Shown: positions 21,501 through 54,064, numbered from the stretch's first letter. The stretch: DNA of 64,000 bases from an uncultured delta proteobacterium (GCA_963771175.1 CAVYSY010000046.1:160001-224000), one strand, 5' to 3'. The notes: generated from the letters alone by a model not told the origin. Made by a program: numbers and translations.

Positions 21501-23759
21501 ATCGTCAAGTACTGCCACAAGGGCATCCAGTCCGGGAAGAACTGCGGGGACCTGTACAACGCCGGGCTTTGCTACGGCCCGTTGATGTGGAACCTCCAGG
21601 TGCGCGGAGCGAACCTGCTGGAGATCGAGAGTTGCGCGCGCGAGTGCCTGCTGTTCTCGCAGAAGTTTCAGCTCTCCTTCTCCGTGGGTCTGGCGGAGTC
21701 CATGGAGGCCGGATGGATCAGGCCGTTCAGGAAGGACTACAGCCCCCTCCCCATGGAGGAGAAGATAGCGAAGTGGAAGGCGGCCAATCACATCGCTTCC
21801 ATTGGGGCGTACTACGTGCTCCTCGGCCTCGCGTCGTACTATTTCGGCGAACATGAGGCCGCGGAAGTGAATCTCCAGTGTGCCGCCCGATACATGCACG
21901 GCCTGACCGACAACGTCCTCAAGCGCCAGTGGTATGTGTTCCGGGCCCTCAACGCCATCCGCCTCCATGCGCGGGGACTGTCCTACAAGTCCCACGAGGA
22001 GCTCATGGAATATGTCGGCCCCCTACTCGGAAAGGTGGAGACGTGGGCAGGACTCGGGCCGCTGCTCGTGCCCTATCTGATGCTTCTTCGTGCGGAGCTG
22101 CAGCGCATCGCGGGGGATTTCAGGGCGACGAGAGGAGCCTATCTCGACGCAATCGATGCTGCCCGGAGGGAGGGCTATACGTTCCTCGAAGGGCACATGA
22201 ACGAGCGTCTGGGCATGTTGCTGCGGGAGTCCGCGGCGCCGACAGCCGACGTGTATCTCAAGAGCGCGATGCGGCTGTACCGGGAGTGTCACGCGGAGCG
22301 GGCGGAGGCCTTGCTGGCCGAGAGGTTCCCGGACTCCGTGGAGGAGGTTCGGGCGGTCTCGGGTGAGGCCGAGGCTTCCCCGACGCTTCCGAGCCTCGAT
22401 GTGGACTACCTCATGAAGTCCGCACGCTCCATTTCGGCGGAAATCGATACGGAGTCGCTCCAGAAGAAGATCATGAACGTGGTGCTCGAGTCGTCCGGCG
22501 CGCAGCATGGTTACCTGCTGCTGGCGGAGGGCGGCGAGCTGCTCGTCGTGGCGGAGAGCCATGTCGGTGAGAGCCGGTCGCGCGGGGCCCTGCGTCGAAA
22601 GCTGAGCGAGTCCCCGGAAATCTGCGGGTCCATCGTGCGCTACGTCTCCAGGACGAAGCAGCCGCTGATTCTCGATTCCGCCTCCGAGCGCGGCCCGTTC
22701 ACGAACGACCAGGAGACACAGGCCCTGAAGTTGCGTTCGGTCTTCTGTCTTCCTCTCCTCGAGAAGGCGAGGCTGCTCGGCGTGCTGTATCTCGAGAATC
22801 GGCTCTCCGACTCCGTGTTCACGGAGGCCCGGACCGAGATGACCCGCCTCCTGGCCGCCCAGGCGGTGATTTCACTCGACAACGCCGAGCTCGTCGAGCG
22901 CATGCGGCGAGCGGAAGAGCAGATCAGCGCCTCGCTTCGTGAGAAGGACGTCCTTCTGGGTGAGATCCAGCAACTGCTCGCCAGGGAGCAGGCGGCGAGG
23001 GCCGAGGCCCAGGAGGCCAACCGCGAGAAGGACATCTTTCTCGCGAAGCTCTCTCATGAGCTCCGGACTCCGCTGACGCCCATCCTGGCGTGGTCTCAGG
23101 CGCTGAGGCAGGGAAAGCTCTGCCCGGAAAAAATCGCCAAGGCGGCCCTGGTCATCGAGCGCAGCGCCAGGGGGCAGCGGCAGCTCGTCGAGGACCTGCT
23201 GGATGTCTCGAGAATCGTTCTTGGCAAGCTCTCCCTGGAGCGCCAGGAGGTCGCCGTCCCGGACGTCCTGGAGGCGGCGATCGACTCCGTTCGACCCGCG
23301 GCGGAGGAGAAGCCCATTCGGCTCGTGGTGGACCTCGCCCTGAGGGTGCCACCGATTCGTGGGGATGCGGGCCGGCTACAGCAGGTCTTCGCGAACCTGC
23401 TCACCAACGCGGTCAAGTTCACGCCGGCGGGAGGGGAGGTCTTCGTCCGGTTGCGGGCCGGTGTCATGCCGGCCCAGCCCGGGCGAGAGGCTGTCGTCGT
23501 CGAGGTCTCGGACTCGGGGCAGGGGATTGATCCGGCGTTCCTTCCTCGCGTGTTCGATCGTTTCTCGCAGGGAGACGACTCGATGGCTCGTTCACGCCGC
23601 GGGCTGGGGCTCGGGCTCTCCATCGTGCGAAGCATGGTCTTGCTGCACGGTGGCAGCGTGGAGGCTGAAAGCCCGGGCCTTGGGCGCGGGGCAACGTTCC
23701 GGGTCGTCCTCCCGGTGGGCGTGCCCCGGCTCATCGCCTCCAGCGCGCAGCCCTCATGA
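18519..23759 (+). CDS. Hybrid Ser/Thr kinase-AAA ATPase-GAF-histidine kinase (HstK-like); frameshifts at ~19266 and ~20055
   Basis: Three consecutive ORFs join: kinase (YTSPEQTGR), Walker A GYSGIGKT and Walker B LFIDDLQW, GAF (LYLEN), HisKA SHELRTPL and HATPase NAVKFT/DSGQG/GLGLGL. Confidence 0.85.
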
Positions 23760-23770
23760 GCCGCACGCCG
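23748..23770. repeat. Left copy of 23-bp direct repeat bounding the NRPS cassette
   Basis: CAGCCCTCATGAGCCGCACGCCG, identical to 49901-49923; contains the hybrid kinase stop codon. Confidence 0.9.
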
Positions 23771-23780
23771 CTCCGGCTCC

Positions 23781-45837
<22,057 letters not shown>

Positions 45838-45910
45838 ATAGACTTAACTCTTTTAATGAGGACAAGCAGGAAGTCAACAAGCTCCGAGGATCTCTCTTGG
45901 GAATCGGAGC

Positions 45911-47188
45911 GTGCCTCGGACTGCCCAGGGAGCTCCCATCCTCGCGGTATTGAAACATCGTGACTTCGCGCTCATCTGGTCGGGCCAGCTCGTCTCCGGC
46001 CTGGGGGACTGGCTGCGGAACATGGCGCTGCTGTACTGGGTGTTCTCCGTCACCGGGGGTGAGTCGCCCCTGGCCACGGCGGCCATCACGGTAGCGACCA
46101 CGGCCCCGGCGCTCCTGCTGGGCCTGACGGCGGGCACCCTGGCAGACCGATGGGAGCGGCGTCGAGTCCTCATCTTCTGCGACGCCACGCGCTGCGTGCT
46201 GAGCCTGCTGCAGTTGGTGGCCGTGGCGAAACAGAGCCTGCCCCTGGCGTACACGGTGGCCTTCTGCTCGAGCGCGGTGGAGCAGTTGTACGATCCAGCT
46301 CGCGTCGCGCTGATCCGCACGACGGTGCCTCGCGAGGACCTGGTGGCAGCCAGTTCCCTGCGGCAGACCACGACGAGCGCCATCATGATCCTGGGAATGG
46401 CGCTCGGCACCGGCATCTACTTCGTGCTGGGGCCGTGGGTGAGCTTTGCCCTCGACGCGGCATCTTTCTTCGTGGCGATGCTGATCAACCTGGCGATCCG
46501 CACCCGGTGCGTGAGCACCAGCGCGCGAGCCGTCTCCTCGGTATGGAGGGAGGCACGAGAGGGGCTGGAGTACGTGCGCGGCAGCCTCTTCGTCCGCAGC
46601 ATGCTGGTGCTCGGGGCCATGGCCATGGCGGCCTCTGGCTTGATCGAGGTGGTGCAGATCTACCTGGTCACCCGGGAGCTGGGGCTGCCGGAGGATCGCC
46701 TGGCGTGGCTGGGCACGGCGCTGGGCGTGTCGATGTTCGCCGGTTTCGCGGTCGCCGGCTTCTTCCATCGCCGGCTGCGGTTGGAGTGGCTTCCGGGCCT
46801 GGGGCTGGGAGTCTGTGGCGTGGGCGTGATGCTGATGGCCATGGCCCCATCGCTGCTGGTGGCCATCGTGGGCATGGTGCTGGTGGGCCTGGGCAACGTG
46901 CTGCTCAACGTGGGGCTGGGACCGCTCATGCAGACGCATGTCGAGATGGGGCTGCTGGGGCGGGTGATGGGGGTCTTCCGCTCCGTGAGCACGGCCAGCA
47001 TGTTGTTGGGGGCCAGCAGTGCGGGCTACCTGATTGCCTATGCGAACACGCGGCAGGTCACTGCCGCCGCCGGTGTGCTGCTGGTGCTGGCGGCACTCCT
47101 CGCTGGACGCCGGCTGGCTCGCGCGGTCGTCACGCTGCGGGCCGAGCACCCCGAGGAGCACGTGCTACCCACCGCCACTGTGAAGTGA
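45911..47188 (+). CDS. MFS efflux transporter (EntS/MefA-like)
   Basis: RDFALIWSGQLVSGLGDW, GTLADRWERRRVL motif A, about 12 TM; divergent from NRPS A. Confidence 0.88.
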   Translation: MPRTAQGAPILAVLKHRDFALIWSGQLVSGLGDWLRNMALLYWVFSVTGGESPLATAAITVATTAPALLLGLTAGTLADRWERRRVLIFCDATRCVLSLLQLVAVAKQSLPLAYTVAFCSSAVEQLYDPARVALIRTTVPREDLVAASSLRQTTTSAIMILGMALGTGIYFVLGPWVSFALDAASFFVAMLINLAIRTRCVSTSARAVSSVWREAREGLEYVRGSLFVRSMLVLGAMAMAASGLIEVVQIYLVTRELGLPEDRLAWLGTALGVSMFAGFAVAGFFHRRLRLEWLPGLGLGVCGVGVMLMAMAPSLLVAIVGMVLVGLGNVLLNVGLGPLMQTHVEMGLLGRVMGVFRSVSTASMLLGASSAGYLIAYANTRQVTAAAGVLLVLAALLAGRRLARAVVTLRAEHPEEHVLPTATVK

Positions 47189-47194
47189 GCCGAT

Positions 47195-49894
47195 ATGTCG
47201 AGTCTCGGTGTGTCCGGTGAGCGGGAGCGGGAGCCGGCCCGCGTGCATCCGATACGTGTCGGAGCCCCGGGGGTGGCCGTGCTGGCCCTCTGGCTGGTGG
47301 GACTCTCCGCGCAGGCGCAGGAGACGGCCCCCGTCGAGCAGCGTCAGCTCCAGGCTCTTCAGGTGGAGAAGGGCCCGGTGCTGGACGGCGTGCTCGATGA
47401 CGAGGTCTGGAAGCGCGCCTCCTTTATCCGGGATTTTCTGCAGAAGGAGCCCGAGCAGGGCACGCCCGCTTCGCTGCGTACGGAGGTGGCCTTCGTCTAT
47501 GACGCGGACGCCCTCTACGTGGGCGCGCGCATGTTCAGTGTCTCTTCCGAGGACATCGAGACGGTGATGACCCGGCGTGACGAGAGTGGCTCCGCCGAGC
47601 GGTTCATCATCTCGCTGGACACCTACCGGGACCGACGCACCGCCTACAGCTTCGCCGTCACCGCCGCGGGCGTGCGGGTGGATTGGTACCACCCGGATGA
47701 CCACGAGTACGTCCGCGACCTTTCCTTCAACCCCGTCTGGGAAGCCCGCACCACCCAGGTTTCCGACGGGTGGATCGCCGAGCTGCGCATTCCCTTCTCG
47801 CAGCTGCGCTTCGACGCCGCCAACGAGCAGGTGTGGGGTCTCAACATCAACCGCTTCATCCCCCGCCGCAACGAGGACGACTTCTGGGTGGTGGTACCGC
47901 GCGATGTCACCGGCTGGTCCTCGCACTTCGGCGAGCTCTCCGGCATCCGCGGCGTGGCTCCCTCGCACCGCGTCGAGCTGGTGCCCTATGTGGCGGGAGA
48001 CCTGCAAGTGAGCTCGGGCGCGAACCCGCGTGCCGGGACGCCCTTCGAGAACCAGCGCCCGTACTCAGGCCGCGTGGGTCTGGACGGCAAGGTGGGCCTG
48101 GGGCCCAACCTCAACCTGGACCTCACGGTGAACCCGGACTTCGGGCAGGTCGACGCGGATCCAGCCCAGGTGAATCTCACGGACTTCGAGACCATCGTCG
48201 ACGAGCGCCGTCCCTTCTTCACCGAGGGCAGCCAGCTCTTCAACAACAACAACACCAACAACAATGCGCCGGCGTACTTCTACTCACGGCGTATCGGCGC
48301 CGCGCCACGGCTCAGGGCGAGCGCTGACTTCGTCGAGCCTCCGGGGGCCAGTCCCATCTGGGGCGCGGCGAAGCTCACCGGGCGGTTGTCCTCGGGCCTG
48401 TCCCTGGGTGCACTGGGCGCCTTCACCGGCGAGGGGTCCGCGGACACCTATGACTTCGCGACCCAGGAGCAGGGCCGGGTGAAGTTGGACTCGCGCACCG
48501 GCTACGGCGTGCTGCGTGCGCAGCAGGAACTGGGCAAGGGCTCGACGGTAGGTGCCACCCTCACCACGGTGTATCGGGACATTGGCGAGGGGGAGGGGCG
48601 CACGTTGGAGCTGACCCGTGAGGCCTATACGGGTGGCGCGGACTTCCGGCTGCGACTGCTCGGTGGCGAGTACATCGTCTCCGGTTACGCGGGTGGCAGC
48701 CTGGTGCGCGGGGACCCGGCGGCGATCACTCGCCTGCAGCGCTCCAGCGCCCGCTACTTCCAGCGGCCGGATCAGACGTACGTCCAGCTGGATCCCCAAG
48801 CCACCTCGATGTCCGGTTACGCGCTGGGGGCGAAGGTGGTCCGCCAGAGTGGCGAGCACTGGCTGTGGAACAGCAGCATCGGAGTCGAGTCCCCAGGCTT
48901 CGAGCTCAACGACCTGGGCCGGCTCGGCACCACGGATGACATCGACGTCAACCTGGGCCTCACCTACCGGGAGACGAACCCGGGCCCGCTGCTGCGTGGA
49001 TACAACCTGAGTCTGCTGGGCTACGGCAATTGGAACCACGGCGGGGTGCGGACGGTGAACCAGTTCGTGCTCTCCAATGCGGTCACCTTCCTCAACTTCT
49101 GGGAAGCCAGCCTGGCGCTCACCTATCTGCCGCGTGCATTCTCGGACTCGCTCACCCGCGGCGGGCCGCTGATGCAGACGCCGCAGGGATTGGAGGCCGA
49201 GCTCACCCTGAACAACAACTCCTCGGGCACCCAGCTCTGGAACGTGGACGCCCTGGGGTGGACGTACGAGGACGGCAGCCGTGGCGCCATCTTGACGGGG
49301 GCGCTCACCGTGCAGCCCTTCCGCAACCTGAGATTGTCGCTCGAGCCCGTTGCCTCGCTCTACACGGAAGCGCGCCAATACATGGCCACGCTGGGGGAGG
49401 GGAGCGCGGAGACGTACGGCAAGCGCTACGTCTTCGGCACGGTGCTGCGGCGCGAGTTGGCGCTGCGGCTGCGCGCCAACCTCTTCCTCACCCCGGACCT
49501 GAGTCTCGAGGCCTACGCCGAGCCCTTCGCCTCCAGCGGTGTCTACAGCGAGCTGGGCGAGCTGGCCCGGGCACGTGGGCGGCTCCTGCGCAACTACGGT
49601 GAGGACGGCACGTCCATCTCGCGGCTCGAGGACGGCAGCTGGGAGGTGATGGACGGCGAGCGCTCGTTCCTGCTGGACGATCAGGACTTCAACGTGCGCT
49701 CGTTCCGCGCCAACGTGGTGTTGCGCTGGGAATGGCGTCCGGGCAGCACCCTCTTCCTGGTGTGGCAACAGGACCGCTCCGCGAACGAGCTCCTGGGCAG
49801 TGCGCTGGCGCCTCGTGCCCTGGGCGATGCACTGCTCAGCCCGGGAGGCCACACCTTCGCCGTCAAGCTGACGTGGTGGTTCCCCGCGGGCTGA
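47195..49894 (+). CDS. DUF5916-like outer-membrane protein with N-terminal CBM9/DOMON-like domain
   Basis: Signal peptide; LDGVLDDEVW, DLTVNPDFGQVDAD, ERRPFFTEG, FYSRRIG; beta-signal-like end VKLTWWF. Confidence 0.8.
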   Translation: MSSLGVSGEREREPARVHPIRVGAPGVAVLALWLVGLSAQAQETAPVEQRQLQALQVEKGPVLDGVLDDEVWKRASFIRDFLQKEPEQGTPASLRTEVAFVYDADALYVGARMFSVSSEDIETVMTRRDESGSAERFIISLDTYRDRRTAYSFAVTAAGVRVDWYHPDDHEYVRDLSFNPVWEARTTQVSDGWIAELRIPFSQLRFDAANEQVWGLNINRFIPRRNEDDFWVVVPRDVTGWSSHFGELSGIRGVAPSHRVELVPYVAGDLQVSSGANPRAGTPFENQRPYSGRVGLDGKVGLGPNLNLDLTVNPDFGQVDADPAQVNLTDFETIVDERRPFFTEGSQLFNNNNTNNNAPAYFYSRRIGAAPRLRASADFVEPPGASPIWGAAKLTGRLSSGLSLGALGAFTGEGSADTYDFATQEQGRVKLDSRTGYGVLRAQQELGKGSTVGATLTTVYRDIGEGEGRTLELTREAYTGGADFRLRLLGGEYIVSGYAGGSLVRGDPAAITRLQRSSARYFQRPDQTYVQLDPQATSMSGYALGAKVVRQSGEHWLWNSSIGVESPGFELNDLGRLGTTDDIDVNLGLTYRETNPGPLLRGYNLSLLGYGNWNHGGVRTVNQFVLSNAVTFLNFWEASLALTYLPRAFSDSLTRGGPLMQTPQGLEAELTLNNNSSGTQLWNVDALGWTYEDGSRGAILTGALTVQPFRNLRLSLEPVASLYTEARQYMATLGEGSAETYGKRYVFGTVLRRELALRLRANLFLTPDLSLEAYAEPFASSGVYSELGELARARGRLLRNYGEDGTSISRLEDGSWEVMDGERSFLLDDQDFNVRSFRANVVLRWEWRPGSTLFLVWQQDRSANELLGSALAPRALGDALLSPGGHTFAVKLTWWFPAG

Positions 49895-49899
49895 ATCGC

Positions 49900-50295
49900 T
49901 CAGCCCTCATGAGCCGCACGCCGGGTCTCCCCGCCGCGTGAGCGCTCGGCCACCTTCCGCCGGACCTCTTCCATGTCCAGCGCCTTCGCCTGGCGCACGA
50001 GATCCTCCAGTGCGGCCTCGGGCAGCGCGCCCGCCTGCTGGAACAGCAGCACCCCGTCCCGGTAGAGGCTCAGCGTGGGCATGGCTTGGATGCCGAGCGC
50101 ACCCGCCAGCCGAGGCTGATCGTCCACGTCGACCTTCACGAACGTGGCGTCCGGGTTCTTCGCGGCCACGCGCTCGAAGATGGGGCCGAAGAATCGGCAC
50201 GGTGCGCACCAGCGCGCCCACCAGTCGATGACGAGAATCCCCGGCCGGGCGACCGCCTCCGCGAAACCCTTCTGATCCAAAGTTCCCACCGACAT
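49900..50295 (-). CDS. trxA: Thioredoxin
   Basis: WWARWCAPC active site; GIQAMPTL; GGAGG RBS. Confidence 0.9.
   Translation of the reverse strand: MSVGTLDQKGFAEAVARPGILVIDWWARWCAPCRFFGPIFERVAAKNPDATFVKVDVDDQPRLAGALGIQAMPTLSLYRDGVLLFQQAGALPEAALEDLVRQAKALDMEEVRRKVAERSRGGETRRAAHEG
49901..49923. repeat. Right copy of 23-bp direct repeat, at the 3' end of the thioredoxin gene
   Basis: CAGCCCTCATGAGCCGCACGCCG, identical to 23748-23770. Confidence 0.9.
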
Positions 50296-50445
50296 GTGCA
50301 TCCTCCTGGGAGCCGGACCGCGCCGGCCCTTCCAAATGTGAGAGCCAGGAGGGGCCCTGGAGGATTCACCGCGCCCGCATCCGAGGGGGATTCACGCGGT
50401 GACAGTCACATCGCGAAGCCGAGCACGTACAGCTAGACTGGTCGG

Positions 50446-51423
50446 ATGCGGGAGATCACCGAAGCCACGGAATTGTGCCTTGCGCACGGTACGCTGAACC
50501 CGGCCGCTGTCGGTTACACCCGCTCACAGCGGCACCGGACCAACCTCCGCGGCTGGGGCCGGACCAAGCGCTGGGAGTACTGGGGCATCATCACTCCCAC
50601 TCATGTCCTGGGGCTGACCCTCTCCAGCCTGGACTATGCCGGAGTGCTGCAGGTGTACCTCCATGACCGGGAAAGCGGCGAGGAGCTCAGCCAGGACGCC
50701 ATCGTTCCGCTGGCCCGCGGGGTGATCCTTCCGGACGGGCTGCCACCCTTCTCGGCGAGCGCGTCAGGGGGCGGTCTGGAGCTTCACTTCACGGACGGCG
50801 CCGACGGCACTGTCCTCGAGGTCAGCTCGCCCCGGGTGGCCGCCCGGCTGATCGCCCCCCCTGGCGGTGAGGCGCTCGGCGTCGTCGTTCCTTGGAGCGA
50901 GAGGCTGTTCCAGTACACGCTCAAGGACGTGGCCCGGCGGGTTGGCGGCACCCTCACGGTGGATGGCCGCACGTTCGAGGTGGACCCGGCGGAGAGCTGG
51001 GCGGTGCTGGATCGCGGGCGAGGCCGCTGGCCCTATTCCATGACGTGGAACTGGGGGGCTGGGATGGGCACCGTGGAGGGAGGGCGGCTGGGTCTGCAGC
51101 TGGGCGGGAAGTGGACGGACGGCACGGGTGCGACGGAGAACGCGCTGATGGTCAACGGCCGGCTCCACCACCTCCCGGAGGAGCTGCGCTGGAGCTATGA
51201 GCTGGCGACTCCCGCGTCCCCGTGGCGCGTGGAGGGCGAGCGGGTCTGTGCCACGCTGACGCCGTTCCACGTCCGGCACGCCAGGACGGATGCGCTCGTC
51301 ATCGCCTCGGACACGTACCAGGCGTTTGGACACTGGAGCGGCTGGGCCGTGGACGACGAGGGCGTGACGCATCGCTTCGAGGGCCTCGTGGGCTGGGCGG
51401 AAGAGGCCCGGAACCGCTGGTGA
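50446..51423 (+). CDS. DUF2804 family protein
   Basis: KRWEYW, AVLDRGRGRWPY, WNW, GATEN and GWAEEARNRW motifs. Confidence 0.8.
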   Translation: MREITEATELCLAHGTLNPAAVGYTRSQRHRTNLRGWGRTKRWEYWGIITPTHVLGLTLSSLDYAGVLQVYLHDRESGEELSQDAIVPLARGVILPDGLPPFSASASGGGLELHFTDGADGTVLEVSSPRVAARLIAPPGGEALGVVVPWSERLFQYTLKDVARRVGGTLTVDGRTFEVDPAESWAVLDRGRGRWPYSMTWNWGAGMGTVEGGRLGLQLGGKWTDGTGATENALMVNGRLHHLPEELRWSYELATPASPWRVEGERVCATLTPFHVRHARTDALVIASDTYQAFGHWSGWAVDDEGVTHRFEGLVGWAEEARNRW

Positions 51424-51506
51424 CGGGCTCGCCTTTAGACATCCCCCGACACCCAGAAGGGCGTGGTAACCAGCAGCAGAACTAACCCCGCTGCGCGTGT
51501 TGTCCG

Positions 51507-51547
51507 GCTGGAGCCTCGGGTGGCACGGTGCCACCCGGGGCTTCAGC
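51507..51547. repeat. 20-bp-arm imperfect palindrome (REP-like element or terminator)
   Basis: GCTGGAGCCTCGGGTGGCAC-G-GTGCCACCCGGGGCTTCAGC followed by TTT. Confidence 0.55.
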
Positions 51548-51812
51548 TTTGCGCGGCCAACCTCTCGCGTGGAGGCGGATGGACCAGGGAACGGCGACCT
51601 CGGTCGGGTCGAAGTCGGAGTCGGGGAGGGCGAACAGGACGCGGCGAGCGACGGGCACGCGCGAACCCTACAGAGATTCGCCCGACGCTCGCTACTGAAG
51701 AGCCGCCACGTCTCCACCACGTCATCCGTCGGATAGATGAGGGCGTCTCCATCGACGCGGTCAAGGAGCAGTTCACCCTGCTGCTGGGCCCCATCTCATC
51801 CATACTTCAGAC

Positions 51813-52653
51813 ATGACATCCCAGAGACCGTCGCTACAGACCTGGTGGGCCGAGCGAGCCACCGTCATCCGCCGGTACGACGAGATGGAGTCCCGCCTCA
51901 CTGCGTCCGTCAGCGAGCGGATGCTCGACCTGGCCTGCCTTCGGCCGGGAATGAGGGTGCTCGATGTGGCTTCGGGGATGGGCGAGCCGTCCCTCCGCGC
52001 CGCGCAACGGGTGGGCCCCTCCGGCTTCGTGCTGGGAACGGACCTGGCCGGACGGCATGCTGGAGGCCGCACGGGAGAAGGCACGAGCCCAGGCCCTCTC
52101 GAACATCGAGTTTCGTGCCGAGGATGCGGAGACGCTCGAGGTGCCGGAGCAGTCCTTCGATGCGGCGACCGTGCGCTGGGGGTTGATGTACATGCCCCGG
52201 CCCGAGCGGGCGCTCGAGCGGCTCTGGCGGGCGCTCCGTCCCTCCGGACGACTGGTGTGCGCATGCTGGGCGGGGCCCGAGCAGGTCGAGTACTGGTCGC
52301 TGCCACGCAGGACCCTGGCCCGCTTCCGTCAGCTTCCCCCCGTCGCGCCCGATGCCCCGGGCGTGTTCCGCTTCTCCGACCCCGAGCACCTGCGCCCACT
52401 GTTGACGCGCAGCGGGTTCGCGATGGAGCACGTCGAGTCCATGCATGTCCCCGTGATGGAAGCAGAGGAGGGTGAGGGAGTCGTGCGCTGGATTCGCGAG
52501 CTCGGGGGCCCCGTGGCGAAGGCCGTGGAGGAGTTGCCGCCGGAGGCGCAGCGGGCGTGGGAGGAGGATGTCGCCCGCGAATGCGAGCACCATCGGACTG
52601 GCGGGAAGGTCCTGCTCGGCGGAGTGACGTGGCTCGTCGTGGCGAGGAGGTGA
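51813..52653 (+). CDS. Class I SAM methyltransferase (UbiE-like); frameshift at ~52050
   Basis: VLDVASGMGEP in the first frame; DAETL..FDA..RWGLMY and LRPSGRL in the second. Confidence 0.8.
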
Positions 52654-52869
52654 GCGCGAAGGCGCCGGTGGGCTTCAAGTAGTCTCAACACCCTTTTACG
52701 CACGCTTCTTGAGCGTCCGGGCCTGGATTTCGTGCTGCGGGCTTCGAACCCGTTGGGGAGGAGAGGGATCAGCTCGCCTTGGCAACCGGGTGCTCGACCA
52801 CGATGTTCGAGCGGGAGCTGCCGTCCGGAGTGTCAGACGACTTGACGGAGCTGCCCGGCGAGCTCCCCC

Positions 52870-53346
52870 TCACGCCGCGCTCTTCATCCGGTCGCGCGCC
52901 TGGTTCATGTGGCCCACGGCCGGCACCAACTCGCCCACCTTGCCCAGGCCGAAGCGCGGCATGCCGTAGTAGATGGACTCGAAGCTCCCGGGGCGCACCG
53001 CGTACGTCTCGTGCCAGATGCCCACGGCGGACGAGCCCTTCACCCGCTGGTTGAATTCGCGCCACGCCGGCAGGTGCTCGCCATTGCGGTCCCGCGCGTA
53101 GTCCATGAGCTGCTCCAACGAACGCCAGTACTGCACGGTGAGCAGGGTGCGGCCGAAGAAGAACTCGTGGCCCACCAGCCCCAGCTCCGGCTTGGAGTAC
53201 AGCTCCTTCATCATCCGCCCCATGGCGAGGGCCACCGGCAGCCACAGGTGCGGCTTCCACCACTGGTTGATGCGCATGCCGATGAGCAACACCACGAATT
53301 CCCCCTCCATGCGCGCCGACATCCGCTCCGCGATCACCTGGCTCAT
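52870..53346 (-). CDS. DUF4188 family (monooxygenase/aldoxime dehydratase-like) protein
   Basis: FVVLLIGMRIN, VQYWRS, HLPAW, VGIWHETY and YGMPRFGL motifs. Confidence 0.85.
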   Translation of the reverse strand: MSQVIAERMSARMEGEFVVLLIGMRINQWWKPHLWLPVALAMGRMMKELYSKPELGLVGHEFFFGRTLLTVQYWRSLEQLMDYARDRNGEHLPAWREFNQRVKGSSAVGIWHETYAVRPGSFESIYYGMPRFGLGKVGELVPAVGHMNQARDRMKSAA

Positions 53347-53358
53347 GTGCTCCCCTCT

Positions 53359-53373
53359 GTAAACAGCGTTAAC
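53359..53373. promoter_or_regulatory. Putative TetR operator upstream of the DUF4188 gene
   Basis: GTAAACAGCGTTAAC; 13/15 identical to the site at 54050. Confidence 0.7.
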
Positions 53374-53383
53374 TTCCAGGACG

Positions 53384-53408
53384 AAAAAAAACCCGCCACG
53401 GCGGCGGG
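53384..53408 (-). terminator. Intrinsic terminator after tetR
   Basis: Minus strand CCCGCC-GCCGT-GGCGGG followed by T8. Confidence 0.7.
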
Positions 53409-53419
53409 CACCGCGCCAC

Positions 53420-54046
53420 TCAGCCCCCGTGCCGGTGAGAGCCGCCGTGCTCCGCCGGGCGCAGGCCCGCAAGCAGCCGCCGCACCGAGCGGAGGTACAG
53501 CTCCACGAACTGGGCTTCCTCCAGCCGACCCAGGTGCCCCATCAACCGCAGCGAGACCAGTCCGTGTACGTGGGCCCAGATGGTGACGGCCACCTCCACG
53601 GGATCGCCCTCGGCCACCGCGCCCGCCACCATGCACTCCTTCACCCTGTCCACCAGGAACTGGAAGGTGGAGCCCAGCCGGTCGCAGTTGTGCTGGGACA
53701 TTCGCTCCAGGCCCAGCTCGTCCGCGTGCGAGATGAAGATGACCTGGTAGTACCGCGACTGCTCGAGCGCGAAGCGCAGGTAGCGCTCGCAGGTGCGCTG
53801 CAGCCGGGCCTCGGGGGTGGACTCGCCCAGCGCCTCCCACAGATAGGCGCCGAAGAGCCGGAAGCCCTCCTCGGCCAGCGCCTGGAGCAGCGCCTCCTTG
53901 TCCTCGAAATGCCGGTAGATGGCCGCCGCCGTCAGCCCCACCTTCTCCGCCACCCGCCGCATCGACAACCCCACCAACCCCTCGCGCGCGTACACCTCGC
54001 TCGCGGCGGACAGGATTCGGCTCCGGGTGTCACTCGGCTCGACCAT
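53420..54046 (-). CDS. TetR/AcrR family transcriptional regulator
   Basis: RILSAA...SMRRVAEKVGLTAAAIYRHFEDKEALL HTH; WAHVHG (WHG-type) C-terminal domain. Confidence 0.92.
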   Translation of the reverse strand: MVEPSDTRSRILSAASEVYAREGLVGLSMRRVAEKVGLTAAAIYRHFEDKEALLQALAEEGFRLFGAYLWEALGESTPEARLQRTCERYLRFALEQSRYYQVIFISHADELGLERMSQHNCDRLGSTFQFLVDRVKECMVAGAVAEGDPVEVAVTIWAHVHGLVSLRLMGHLGRLEEAQFVELYLRSVRRLLAGLRPAEHGGSHRHGG

Positions 54047-54049
54047 GAT

Positions 54050-54064
54050 GTGAACAGTGTTAAC
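54050..54064. promoter_or_regulatory. Putative TetR autoregulatory operator
   Basis: Near-palindrome GTGAACAGTGTTAAC, 3 bp upstream of the tetR ATG. Confidence 0.7.

Noticed and set aside
48241..48265. AAC microsatellite (poly-Asn) and the poly-Gly run at ~17381-17410 as phase-variation switches
   Set aside because: Triplet units preserve the frame; they are probably flexible loops or linkers.
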